Source: an uncultured Actinomycetes bacterium
GTDB taxonomy: Bacteria; Actinomycetota; Thermoleophilia; Solirubrobacterales; 70-9
Assembly: GCA_963785175.1 (NCBI GenBank)
Contig: CAWAUA010000002.1
Location: 43,443-107,442, forward strand
Direction: 5' to 3'
DNA length: 64,000 nucleotides
In this document: positions 55,128 to 64,000 of the stretch, one piece after another
How the letters are laid out: every line of letters begins with the position of its first letter
Position numbering within the stretch: position 1 is the stretch's first letter
Notes under the pieces: generated by a model
What the model was told of the DNA's origin: nothing
The model's database searches: none
Seen by the model: only the letters and a program-made list of their open reading frames with translations
Made by a program: the position numbers and the translations under genes

Positions 55128-56476
55128 GCGACCTCAGCGCGGTCGCCCGCCGCGCGGTCGAGGCCGCGACCGGCGCCGGGGCAAGCGACGCCGAGGCCTA
55201 CGTCTCCCGCGATGCCGGCCGCGAGGTTCGCGTCCACGGCGGCGAGGTCGAGAGTCTCACTGCGGCGACGCAGACGGGGGTGGGAATCCGCGCCTGGAGC
55301 GGACACCGGGTCGGCTACGCCTACGGCACCGACCTCTCCGAGGGTGGGGTGGAGGCGATTGCGGGAAGGGCCGCGGAAGCGGCCGCGGTCGCCGACGCAG
55401 ACGAGTTCGCGGCGCCGCCGGCTCCCGCCGAGGTGGAGGCGCTGCCGGGATTGAGCGACCCTTCGATCGCCGAATGGGAGACGCCGCGGGTAGTCGACCT
55501 GGCGCTCGCCGTCGAGCGCACCGCGCTGGAGTCCGACGCCCGCCTGGTCGGGGTCGAGGTCGCCGTCTACGCCGATTCTGACGAGCAGGTGGCGATCGCC
55601 TCCTCTGCCGGAGTCGCCGGGGAGTACGAGTCCTCCAGCTGTTACGCCTACCTCTCGGCGCTGGCCGAAGGGGAAGGCGCGCGCGAGACCGGCCTCGGCT
55701 TCGGGCTCGCCCGCGGCCCGCACGGACTCGATCCCGAGGCGATCGGCGCCGAGGCCGCGGCGCGGGCGCTGGCCATGATCGGCGCCGGCAAGCCCGCCTC
55801 GCGCTCCTGCCCCGTCGTCCTCGACGAGACCGTTGCCGCCAGCTTCGCCGGCCTGATCGGCGGTGGCCTCGGCGCCAAAGCCGTGCAGCGTGGGCGCTCT
55901 CCTTTCGCCGGTCGCCTCGGCGAGGTCGTCGCGAGCGAGGCCTTCGCCCTCCACGACGACGGCCGCGACCCGCAGGGCCCGGTTTCGGGACCGTTCGACG
56001 CCGAGGGGGTGCCGCGCCGGCGCACCGCGCTGATCGAGGGTGGCCGGCTCGGCTCCTACCTCTACGACACCTACAGCGCCAATCGCGAGGGGGTCGCCTC
56101 GACCGGCTCGGCCTCGCGCCAGGGCTACCGCTCGCTGCCCTCGGTCTCGCCCTCGAACCTCGCGGTCGCCCCGGGCGAGCTCTCCTTCGAGGCGCTGCTG
56201 GCTGCGGCGGGGGACGGCGTCTACGTCACCGACGTCGCCGGCCTGCACTCGGGCGTCAACCCTGTTACCGGCGTTTTCTCGGTCGGCGCCTCGGGCCGGA
56301 TCATCCGCGACGGAGCGCTCGCCGAGCCCGTCCGGGAGTTCACGATCGCCGGCGAGCTGGTGGCGATGTTGGGTGCCGTCAGCGCCGCCGGAGCGGAGAC
56401 CCGCTGGGTTCCATTCGGCGGCTCGGTCAGCACCCCGCCGCTGCTGGTCGCCGACATGGCGATCAGCGGTTCGTGA
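55124..56476 (+). CDS. pmbA: TldE/PmbA protease partner
   Basis: GTG 55124 overlaps the tldD stop. PmbA_TldD family strings (VNPVTGVFSVGASG, FGGSVSTPPLLVADMAISG). Confidence 0.88.
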   Translation: MSDLSAVARRAVEAATGAGASDAEAYVSRDAGREVRVHGGEVESLTAATQTGVGIRAWSGHRVGYAYGTDLSEGGVEAIAGRAAEAAAVADADEFAAPPAPAEVEALPGLSDPSIAEWETPRVVDLALAVERTALESDARLVGVEVAVYADSDEQVAIASSAGVAGEYESSSCYAYLSALAEGEGARETGLGFGLARGPHGLDPEAIGAEAAARALAMIGAGKPASRSCPVVLDETVAASFAGLIGGGLGAKAVQRGRSPFAGRLGEVVASEAFALHDDGRDPQGPVSGPFDAEGVPRRRTALIEGGRLGSYLYDTYSANREGVASTGSASRQGYRSLPSVSPSNLAVAPGELSFEALLAAAGDGVYVTDVAGLHSGVNPVTGVFSVGASGRIIRDGALAEPVREFTIAGELVAMLGAVSAAGAETRWVPFGGSVSTPPLLVADMAISGS

Positions 56477-56480
56477 CGTT

Positions 56481-56642
56481 AGGGGCTGTCCGGAAACCCG
56501 CGCGTTCGGCTGGCGAGTGCCGGACCAAGCGGGGGTAGGACGCAGGGAGGCCGAATGGCACCGCCATTTGGCCGACTGAGGACGCCGCCCCGCGCAGTGT
56601 CCGGTGCCGCCAGACGGGCGTGGGGGTTTGTGGGCAGCCCCT
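56481..56642 (+). other. 162-nt rod-like imperfect palindrome / candidate structured RNA
   Basis: AGGGGCTG (56481-88) pairs with CAGCCCCT (56635-42), AAACCC with GGGTTT, CCGGAC with GTCCGG and GCGGGG with CCCCGC. The apical hairpin is 56549-56573. Confidence 0.4.
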
Positions 56643-56721
56643 CTGCTCTATAGCGCGAGTTCTTACGCCGTAGCCGCTGTTAGATTGCGCCGATCTTCAA
56701 ACCCCGAGGAGGATTAACGAC

Positions 56722-57003
56722 GTGACCAAGGCTGAGTTTCTGGATCAACTTGCAGGCGACGAGCGGCTCGGCAGCAAAAAAGCTGCCAGCGATGCGCTCG
56801 ACGCAGTTCTTGAGGCAATCACCGGTGCCCTGAGCAAGGGCGAGGAGGTCGCCTTCACCGGCTTCGGCAAATTCCACGTCGCCGAGCGCGGCCCGCGGCA
56901 GGGTGTCAACCCGCGCACCGGCGAAAGGATCACCATCCCGGGCGGCAAGGTTCCCCGCTTCTCCGCCGGCTCGGCCCTGAAGACCAAAGTCAAGGGCGGC
57001 TGA
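56722..57003 (+). CDS. hup: HU-family DNA-binding protein
   Basis: GTG start after [45 protein letters not shown] is the HU arm motif. Confidence 0.93.
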   Translation: MTKAEFLDQLAGDERLGSKKAASDALDAVLEAITGALSKGEEVAFTGFGKFHVAERGPRQGVNPRTGERITIPGGKVPRFSAGSALKTKVKGG

Positions 57004-57007
57004 TTCG

Positions 57008-57895
57008 CTGACTGGCTTTTCCGATCGGCTCGCGGCGCTCGTCGAAGAGCGCCGCAGCCAGATCTGCCTCGGCCTCGACCCCGACCCGGCCAAGCTGGCC
57101 GGGGAGGGGGCGAGCGCAGGCGATCCCGAGGCGCCGGCCGCAGAGCTGGCAGCCGCCGCGGTCGCCGAGCACTGCCGCGACCTGATCGACCGGGCCGGCC
57201 CCTCCTGCGTCGCGGTGAAGCCGCAGCTGGCCTGCTTCGAGCGGCTCGGCGCGCCCGGTTGGTCGGCGCTGGAAGAGGTATGCGCCGCGGCCAAGGAAGC
57301 CGGCCTGCTGGTCGTCGCCGACGGCAAGCGGGGTGACGTTCCGGTCACCGCCAGCGCCTACGCGCAGGCGCTGGTCGGAGAGACGCCGACCCCCTGGGGC
57401 CCCGTGCAGGGTCTCGGCGCCGATGCCTTCACCGCCAACCCCCTGCTCGGGCGCGACGCGCTCGAGCCGCTGGTCGCCGCTGCGGCCGAGACTGGAGCCG
57501 GGATCTTCGCCCTCGTCCGCACCAGCAACCCGGGCGCCGCTGACATCCAGGACCTGCCCGCGCCGCAGGCGCCGCTGCATGAGCGCCTCGCCTCAATCGT
57601 CGCCGAGCTCGCCGAGCGCCTGCCGGGCGAGTCCGGGCTGAGCGGCATGGGCGCGGTCATCGGTGCCACCGAGCCGCGTCACTTCGCCCGCATGCGCGAG
57701 CTGATGCCGCGGGCGATCTTCCTCATCCCCGGCGTCGGCGCCCAGGGGGGTAAGCCGGAGCTGCTCGGCGCCGCTTTCTCGGCCGGCCGAGCCGCCGGTC
57801 TCGTCGCCGCCTCCCGCGGCATCGCCGCCGACCCCGACCCGGCCGCCGCCGCCGAGCGTCTGCGAGTGGCGGTTTGGGACATATCGACCGCCTGA
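57008..57895 (+). CDS. pyrF: orotidine 5'-phosphate decarboxylase (type 2), apparent CTG start
   Basis: The conserved N-terminus TGFSDRLAALVEERRSQICLGLDP lies upstream of the first canonical start (GTG 57215). The only start-like codon is CTG 57008, 4 nt after the hup stop. Confidence 0.8.
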   Translation: MTGFSDRLAALVEERRSQICLGLDPDPAKLAGEGASAGDPEAPAAELAAAAVAEHCRDLIDRAGPSCVAVKPQLACFERLGAPGWSALEEVCAAAKEAGLLVVADGKRGDVPVTASAYAQALVGETPTPWGPVQGLGADAFTANPLLGRDALEPLVAAAAETGAGIFALVRTSNPGAADIQDLPAPQAPLHERLASIVAELAERLPGESGLSGMGAVIGATEPRHFARMRELMPRAIFLIPGVGAQGGKPELLGAAFSAGRAAGLVAASRGIAADPDPAAAAERLRVAVWDISTA

Positions 57896-57952
57896 GAACG
57901 CCCGACGCGATTACGATCAGCCGGCCCCCACCGATCCGCCCTTCCCCGTCCA

Positions 57953-58264
57953 ATGGAAAAACGCTCCAGCGCCGCCACCCGCATCGCCGCCCTTCTGGCT
58001 CTCGTGGTGGCCGTCCTCGTCGTGGTCATCGTCGCCACCAGCGCGATGAACGGGGACTCCTCCTCGACCAAGCACCACGGCAAGCAGCAGACGCAGAAGG
58101 AAACGAAGCACCGGACCAAGGCCGCGACCTACACCGTCGAATCGGGCGACACCCTGACTGCGATCGCCCACAAGACCGGGGTTCCGGTCGCCGAGATCCT
58201 GGCGCTGAACCCCGAAGTCGACCCCCAGATCCTGATCGCCGGGCAGACGCTGAAGCTCAAGTGA
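57953..58264 (+). CDS. LysM domain membrane-anchored protein
   Basis: TM anchor, then YTVESGDTLTAIAHKTGVPVAEILALNPEV...GQTLKL LysM motif. Confidence 0.85.
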   Translation: MEKRSSAATRIAALLALVVAVLVVVIVATSAMNGDSSSTKHHGKQQTQKETKHRTKAATYTVESGDTLTAIAHKTGVPVAEILALNPEVDPQILIAGQTLKLK

Positions 58265-59496
58265 GCGGCCGCCGCCGAGGCGCCATCCTGCTGGCAGCGG
58301 TGCTGGCCTTCCTGTCGCTGCCCGCCGCCGCATCGGCGGCGCCGACGCAGCCCCAGGCCCAAGCGCAGCAGCCAGGGCCGCAGCTGGCGGCGCGGGCGTG
58401 GGGAGTGATCGACGCCCGCACCGGCGACGTCCTCACCTCCCACGCCGGCAACCGGGAGCTGCCGATCGCCAGCACCACCAAGCTGATGACCGCCTACGTG
58501 GCGATGCGCGAGATGCCGCTCGACCGGATCGTTCGCGCCCGGCCCTACAGCGCTGAATACGGCGAGTCGCTTATGGGGCTGCGGGTGGGGGAGCGGATCA
58601 GCGTTCGCGATCTCCTCTACGGCTTGATCCTGCGCAGCGGCAACGACGCCGCCCACACGCTGGCGATCGCCGCCGCCGGGTCAGAACAGCGCTTCGTCGC
58701 CGAGATGAACCGCTACGCCGCGGCGCTGGGGCTCTCCCACACGCACTACGCCAACCCGGTCGGGCTCGACGAGAAGGGCAACTACTCAAGCGCCTTCGAC
58801 CTGATGGCGCTGACCCGGCACCTGCTGGACGAACCGGCCTTCGCCAAGATCGCCGACTCGCGCAGCGCCGTGCTGCGCAGCGTCCACCCGCAGCGGCGGA
58901 TCGCGACGATCAACGAACTGCTGTTGAGGGCGCCCTGGGTGACGGGAGTGAAGACCGGGCACACCTTCGGCGCCCTCTACGTCCTCGTCGGCTCCGGCCA
59001 GCGCCGCGGCGCCAGCCTGATCTCGGCCGTGGTCGGCACCTGGACCGACGAAGAACGCTTCGACGACAGCCTCGCGCTGCTCGAATGGGGTTTCTCTCAG
59101 TACCGCCAACGGCTCCCGGTCCGGCGCGAGCAGAACCTGGCCGAACCGGAGATCCGCTACTCCGGCGGCAGGCTGCCGCTGCGGGCCGAACACTCGCTCG
59201 AGGTCGGGATCCGCCGCGGCCAGCAGCTCGACCTGCGGGTGCAAGCTCCGCAGGAGGTCGAGGGACCGCTGCAGCGGGGCGCCAAGCTGGGCCGGGCGAG
59301 TGTCTTCGTCGACGCTCGCAAGGTTGGGTCAGTGGCCCTGGAGGCCAGCCGCCAGGTCCCGCAGGCCAGCCTCTTCGACCGCGCCCGGGCGACCGTCGCG
59401 GACAACTTGCTCCCTATCGGAATCGCGGCGTTCGTGATACTCATGATCGCCGTAATGCTGCTGCGCCGGCTGGCCCGCAGAAACAAAGGGAGCTGA
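58261..59496 (+). CDS. D-alanyl-D-alanine carboxypeptidase (S11 family)
   Basis: GTG 58261 overlaps the upstream stop. Signal peptide, ASTTKLMTA (SxxK), SGNDAA (SxN) and KTGHT (KTG). Confidence 0.88.
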   Translation: MSGRRRGAILLAAVLAFLSLPAAASAAPTQPQAQAQQPGPQLAARAWGVIDARTGDVLTSHAGNRELPIASTTKLMTAYVAMREMPLDRIVRARPYSAEYGESLMGLRVGERISVRDLLYGLILRSGNDAAHTLAIAAAGSEQRFVAEMNRYAAALGLSHTHYANPVGLDEKGNYSSAFDLMALTRHLLDEPAFAKIADSRSAVLRSVHPQRRIATINELLLRAPWVTGVKTGHTFGALYVLVGSGQRRGASLISAVVGTWTDEERFDDSLALLEWGFSQYRQRLPVRREQNLAEPEIRYSGGRLPLRAEHSLEVGIRRGQQLDLRVQAPQEVEGPLQRGAKLGRASVFVDARKVGSVALEASRQVPQASLFDRARATVADNLLPIGIAAFVILMIAVMLLRRLARRNKGS

Positions 59497-59512
59497 TTCG
59501 GGTGAAGCCCAA

Positions 59513-60469
59513 GTGATCCTCACGGTGACCTTGAACGCGGCGATCGATCGCACGGTCGCTGTTCCCAGTTTCCGCCTCGGGCGACGCCACCGCGCGGTCG
59601 AGAGCCGCACCGTCGCCGGCGGCAAGGGGATCAACGTCGCCCGCGCCCTGAGCCTGCTCGGCCGCCCCGTGATCGCGACCGGCTTCGTCGGCGGCCCGAC
59701 CGGGACCCGCGTGTTGGAAGGTCTGCACGAGGAATCGGTGTTGACCGACTTCACCCGGATCGCCGCCGAGACTCGGATCAACCTGGCGGTGATCGACCCC
59801 ACCTCCGGCGACCAGACCGAGATCAACGAGCGCGGGCCGGCGGTCAGCCCCGAGGAGGTCAAGAAGCTCTTCGACCGGATCTCCTACCTGGCGAGCGGAG
59901 CGCAGATCTGCGTCCTCGCCGGCTCGGTCCCTCCGGGCGCCGGCGACGACCTCTACGCCCGGCTGATCGACGACCTCTCGCGGCGCGGCGTCCCGGTCGT
60001 CCTCGACGCCGAGGGTGAGGCGATGCTGGCGGGGGTGAGGGCGGGGGCCTCGATGGTCACCCCGAACGAGACCGAGGCCGAGGAGCTGGTCGGGCAGGAG
60101 TTCGCCGATCGCTCCGACCTCGCCCAGGGCCTGCTGGACCTGGTCCGCCTGGGGGCGAGCGAGGCGGCGATTACCCGCCCCGAAGGCTGCGTCGCGGCGG
60201 TCGGGGAGGGCAGCTCGCGGCGGCTGTTCGAGGTCCACACCGAGCCGCTGGAGCCGGTTTCCACGGTCGGCTCCGGGGACGCCTTCCTCGCCGGCTACGT
60301 CGCCGCCCGCTATGAGGGTCGCTCGCCGGAGGACTGCCTCGCCTATGGGGTGGCCTGCGGGGCGGAGTCGACCCAGCACTTCGGCGCCGGCACCGTCGAC
60401 CGCAACCAGGTCGAGCGACTGCTCGGCGAGGTCTCGGTGCACGATTTGGAGGTCCCCGCAGAAGTGTAG
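59513..60469 (+). CDS. 1-phosphofructokinase-family (PfkB) sugar kinase
   Basis: ILTVTLNAAIDRT N-terminus, GGKGINVA and the C-terminal VSTVGSGDAFLAG ATP-binding motif. Confidence 0.85.
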   Translation: MILTVTLNAAIDRTVAVPSFRLGRRHRAVESRTVAGGKGINVARALSLLGRPVIATGFVGGPTGTRVLEGLHEESVLTDFTRIAAETRINLAVIDPTSGDQTEINERGPAVSPEEVKKLFDRISYLASGAQICVLAGSVPPGAGDDLYARLIDDLSRRGVPVVLDAEGEAMLAGVRAGASMVTPNETEAEELVGQEFADRSDLAQGLLDLVRLGASEAAITRPEGCVAAVGEGSSRRLFEVHTEPLEPVSTVGSGDAFLAGYVAARYEGRSPEDCLAYGVACGAESTQHFGAGTVDRNQVERLLGEVSVHDLEVPAEV

Positions 60470-60505
60470 GCTGGCTAGTTCAACGCCAGCCCTTGGAGGA
60501 CTAAC

Positions 60506-61711
60506 TTGGAAATCGAAATCGGCCGCGGCAAGAAGGGTCGCCGCGCTTACGGATTCGACGATATTGCGATCGTTCCTTCCCGCAGGACGCGCGACCCCGA
60601 CGACATCGACATCAGCTGGACCCTCGGCCCCTATCGCTTCGAGCTGCCCCTGGTCGCCTCGGCGATGGACGGGGTCGTGAGCCCGGACACCGCCGTGCTG
60701 GTCAACGAGCTGGGCGGCCTCGGAGTTCTGAACCTGGAGGGGATCTGGGCCCGCTTCGAGGATGCCGAGGAGCGGCTCGAGCAGATTGCCGCCGCGCCCA
60801 AGCACGTGGCCACCCGGCTGATGCAGGAGATCTACGCTGAGCCGGTCAAGTCCGAGCTGATCGGCAAGCGGGTGGCCGAAATCAAGGCCCGCGGCGCCGT
60901 CGTCTGCGCCTCGCTGACGCCGCAGAAGGTGCGCGAGCACTACGAGGTGGCGGTCGAGGCCGGCCTCGACATTCTCGTCATCCAGGGCACGGTGATCTCG
61001 GCCGAACACGTCTCGACCACGGTCGAGCCGCTGAACCTGAAGGAGTTCATCGCCGAGGTCCCGGTCCCGACCGTGGTCGGCGGCTGCGCCTCCTACTCGA
61101 CCGGCCTGCACCTGATGCGGACTGGCGCGGTCGGCGTCCTCGTCGGCGTCGGTCCCGGCGCCGCCTGCACCACCCGCGGCGTGCTCGGCATCGGCGTCCC
61201 GCAGGCGACCGCAATCGCCGACGTCGCCGCTGCCCGCTCGCAGCACATGCTGGAGACCGGCGAGTACGTCAACGTGATCGCCGACGGCGGCATGCGCACC
61301 GGCGGCGACATCTCCAAGGCGATCGCCTGCGGTGCCGACTCGGTGATGGTCGGTTCCCCGCTGGCCCGCGCCAAAGAGGCTCCCGGCCGCGGCTTCCACT
61401 GGGGGATGGCGACGTTCCACTCCTCGCTGCCGCGCGGCACCCGGGTCTCGACCAAGCAGGACGGGACGATGGAGGAGATTGTCCTCGGCCCCGCCCAGGA
61501 GAACGACGGCACCTTCAACCTGATGGGGGCGCTGAAAACCTCGATGGCCACTTGTGGCTACGAGGACATTCGCTCTTTCCAGCGGGCCGAGGTGATGGTT
61601 GCTCCTGCCTTGATGAGCGAGGGGAAGAAGTTGCAGAATGAGCAGTCGGTTGGCATGGGCTCGAATGGGCGGGCTGCTGTGTCTACTGGGGTTGCCGTTT
61701 CGGATGACTAG
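60506..61711 (+). CDS. GuaB3-type IMP dehydrogenase-related protein
   Basis: [17 protein letters not shown], a TIM-barrel IMPDH core without a CBS pair, and [23 protein letters not shown]. Confidence 0.85.
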   Translation: MEIEIGRGKKGRRAYGFDDIAIVPSRRTRDPDDIDISWTLGPYRFELPLVASAMDGVVSPDTAVLVNELGGLGVLNLEGIWARFEDAEERLEQIAAAPKHVATRLMQEIYAEPVKSELIGKRVAEIKARGAVVCASLTPQKVREHYEVAVEAGLDILVIQGTVISAEHVSTTVEPLNLKEFIAEVPVPTVVGGCASYSTGLHLMRTGAVGVLVGVGPGAACTTRGVLGIGVPQATAIADVAAARSQHMLETGEYVNVIADGGMRTGGDISKAIACGADSVMVGSPLARAKEAPGRGFHWGMATFHSSLPRGTRVSTKQDGTMEEIVLGPAQENDGTFNLMGALKTSMATCGYEDIRSFQRAEVMVAPALMSEGKKLQNEQSVGMGSNGRAAVSTGVAVSDD

Positions 61712-61823
61712 TGGGACGGGGGCGTCTCGGCCGGCGGGTCCTGTCTCCGATATTGGGCTCTCCCTTTCGGGAGAGTCCTCAATATCGTCGCCACCCGCCG
61801 GAGAGGCGGCTGCGGTCGAGGAG

Positions 61824-63347
61824 GTGCTTGTCCTTGATTTCGGGGGGCAGTATTCGCAGTTGATTGCTCGTCGGATTCGGGAATGTGGCGTGTTTGCTGA
61901 GCTCTTGCCGGCTAGTACCTCTGTGGAGAAGATTCGGGCGCGGAAGCCGAAAGCTTTGATCCTCTCTGGTGGGCCGGCTTCGGTTTATGAGTCGGGGGCG
62001 CCTGAGTTTCCTACTCAGCTGCTTGACCTTGGGATTCCGATGCTGGGGATCTGTTACGGGATGCAGGCGATGGTTTTGGCGCTTGGCGGCAAGGTGGAGT
62101 CGGCGGAGACGGGGGAGTTTGGGCGTACTGATCTTGTCTTGCGGGATGGGGGCGGTCGGCTGCTTGGTGGGCTGCCCGAGGAGCAGAGTTGTTGGATGAG
62201 TCATCGCGATGCCGTCTTCGAGGCGCCGGATGGGTTTACGGCGTTGGCCTCGAGTCCCAGTTCGCCGGTTGCCGCCTGCGAGTTCCCCGATCGCGGTCTC
62301 TACGGGATCCAGTTCCATCCCGAGGTCGTCCACACGCCCTATGGGACCGAGATCCTCACCCGCTTCCTCCGCGACGTCGCCGGCTGCGAGGAGCAGTGGT
62401 CGCCGCAGTCGGTGATCGCCGAGCAGGTGGAGAAGATCCAGGCCCAGGTGGGAGAGGGGAAGGTGATCTGCGGCCTCTCCGGCGGGGTCGACTCCTCGGT
62501 CGCGGCGATGCTCGTCTACAAGGCGGTCGGCGACAAGCTGACCTGCGTCTTCGTCGACCACGGGCTGATGCGGATGAACGAGGCCGAGCAGGTGGTCGAG
62601 GCCTTCGGTCAGTTCGGGATCCCGCTCGTCCACGTCGACGCCGAAGAACGCTTCCTCGCCAAGCTGGCGGGCAAAGACGACCCGGAGGAGAAGCGGAAGA
62701 TCATCGGCGCCGAGTTCATCCGCGTCTTCGAGGAGGAGGCGGACAAGCTCGAGGACGTCAGCTATCTGGTCCAGGGCACGCTCTACTCGGACGTGATCGA
62801 GTCGGGCGGCTCCGACCACGCGGCGACGATCAAGTCCCACCACAACGTCGGCGGCCTTCCCGACGACCTCGAGTTCGAGCTGGTCGAGCCGCTGCGGATG
62901 CTGTTTAAGGACGAGGTGCGCGCGGTCGGCGCCGAGCTCGGTCTGCCGGAGCGGATGGTTTGGCGCCAGCCCTTCCCGGGCCCCGGCCTCGGGATCCGGA
63001 TCGTCGGCGGCGAGGTCAACAAAGAGCGCCTCGACATCCTCCGCGCGGCCGACGCGATCCTGCAGGAGGAGATCCGCTCGGCCGAGCTCTACCGTCAGCT
63101 CTGGCAATCCTTTTGCGTGCTCCCGGTGGTCCGCTCGGTGGGAGTCCAGGGGGACGGCCGCACCTACGCCTACCCGATCGTGATCCGCGCCGTCACCTCC
63201 GACGACGCAATGACCGCCGACTGGGCCCGCCTCCCCTACGACCTGCTGGAGCGGGTCTCGAATCGCATCATCAACGAGATCCGCGACGTAAACCGCGTCG
63301 CCCTAGACATCTCCTCAAAGCCCCCGGCCACGATCGAGTGGGAGTAG
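61824..63347 (+). CDS. guaA: glutamine-hydrolysing GMP synthase
   Basis: [37 protein letters not shown]-loop and the C-terminal KPPATIEWE. Start GTG 61824 is chosen by homology-like N-terminus and is uncertain. Confidence 0.9.
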   Translation: MLVLDFGGQYSQLIARRIRECGVFAELLPASTSVEKIRARKPKALILSGGPASVYESGAPEFPTQLLDLGIPMLGICYGMQAMVLALGGKVESAETGEFGRTDLVLRDGGGRLLGGLPEEQSCWMSHRDAVFEAPDGFTALASSPSSPVAACEFPDRGLYGIQFHPEVVHTPYGTEILTRFLRDVAGCEEQWSPQSVIAEQVEKIQAQVGEGKVICGLSGGVDSSVAAMLVYKAVGDKLTCVFVDHGLMRMNEAEQVVEAFGQFGIPLVHVDAEERFLAKLAGKDDPEEKRKIIGAEFIRVFEEEADKLEDVSYLVQGTLYSDVIESGGSDHAATIKSHHNVGGLPDDLEFELVEPLRMLFKDEVRAVGAELGLPERMVWRQPFPGPGLGIRIVGGEVNKERLDILRAADAILQEEIRSAELYRQLWQSFCVLPVVRSVGVQGDGRTYAYPIVIRAVTSDDAMTADWARLPYDLLERVSNRIINEIRDVNRVALDISSKPPATIEWE

Positions 63348-63354
63348 CGCCCCG

Positions 63355-63945
63355 CTACGCAGCCTCCAAGGAGCCGGCGGTCTCGAAGGATGCCATCCCG
63401 ACCACGGTCGAGACCACACCCTCGCCGCCCTTCTCGCTGAGCCGGTCCTGGCTGCGCACGTGTGCGGCGAGCATCAGTTTCGTCGCCTCTTCGAGGATCG
63501 AGACCACCTCTTTCCAGCCCTCCTCGTCGAGCGAGAGCGGCATCCAGCGGAAGACGGTGTCGTCGCGACCGTCGAGGGTGCCTGCTTCGAGCGCGGCGAT
63601 CGCCTTGTCGAGGAAGGTCTGCAGGGTCGCGGCCGAGACCCCACCCCGCATCGAGTGCGGCACTTTCCGCCAGGGCGGGCCGCCCATGAAGGCACCGGGG
63701 GTCGCCTTGTAGAAGTGCTCGGTGGCGCCGCGGCGCTGGGCGGTGTCGACGAGTTCCAGTGCTCCGTAGCGGTCCAAGGCACGCGTGTGGTACGCGACGT
63801 CGCTGAGGCTGGTCTCAAGCTGGCTGGCCAGCACGTTCGGGCTCGCCACGTGATCCGTCAACAACTCCAGGATCTGAATTCGCAGTGGGTGTGCGAGGGA
63901 CCGTACGAGCCGCTGGTCGATGGCTTCGGGGAATGGCTCCTTCAT
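63355..63945 (-). CDS. ArsR-type winged-helix transcriptional regulator
   Basis: LVRSLAHPLRIQILELLTDHVASPNVLASQLETSLSDVAYHTRAL is an ArsR/SmtB-like HTH. 196 aa. Confidence 0.65.
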   Translation of the reverse strand: MKEPFPEAIDQRLVRSLAHPLRIQILELLTDHVASPNVLASQLETSLSDVAYHTRALDRYGALELVDTAQRRGATEHFYKATPGAFMGGPPWRKVPHSMRGGVSAATLQTFLDKAIAALEAGTLDGRDDTVFRWMPLSLDEEGWKEVVSILEEATKLMLAAHVRSQDRLSEKGGEGVVSTVVGMASFETAGSLEAA

Positions 63946-64000
63946 GATTCTCTCCTTGGGCGCTGAGTGGGGGGCGGTACTGCCTCGTTCGTCATCTACT

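Noticed and set aside
61712-61823. Imperfect hairpin GATATTGGGCTCTCCC/GGGAGAGTCCTCAATATC between guaB3 and guaA, considered as a riboswitch-like element.
   Set aside because: It is short, with mismatches in the stem. I recognise no riboswitch consensus, and the uncertain guaA start means part of it could be coding.

Overview
High-GC (about 65-70%) chromosomal segment, by gene content probably from an actinobacterium-like organism. Most of it is densely packed housekeeping genes: zwf, ispH, a rearranged suf Fe-S cluster, htpX with a two-component system, a CysO/CysM/Mec/MoeZ sulfur-carrier cysteine pathway, hydantoinase A/B, nadB, glutaryl-CoA dehydrogenase, rph-rdgB, tldD-pmbA, hup, pyrF and guaB3-guaA. 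No rRNA, tRNA or CRISPR array was seen. Three compositionally deviant accessory patches stand out. (1) 23512-28278 is a 4.77-kb transposon with perfect 20-bp terminal inverted repeats and an 8-bp target-site duplication. It carries one IS1-like DDE transposase plus unusual regulatory and unknown cargo: two wHTH paralogues, an XRE regulator, a small basic protein, a 195-aa unknown, an XRE-ImmA/IrrE fusion and a DUF3800-like protein. It sits in the promoter region of the moeZ-like gene. (2) 46809-50546 is a Sec-signal RHS/YD-repeat protein with an AT-richer, glycine-zipper-like 167-aa C-terminal module and no downstream immunity gene. (3) 2791-4589 is an AT-bounded pocket with an overlapping HTH / nucleotidyltransferase-fold pair. 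Other observations are a 23-nt motif shared by the two transcription units of the sulfur-carrier pathway, a CysO-like carrier ending GG-AA, and a 162-nt rod-like structured element upstream of hup. There are also two single-base frameshifts (histidine kinase, cysM) and two conserved N-termini that lack a canonical start codon (nadB ATA, pyrF CTG). Those four anomalies could be real biology or assembly indels. All functional calls come from reading the translated ORFs by eye; no database search was run.
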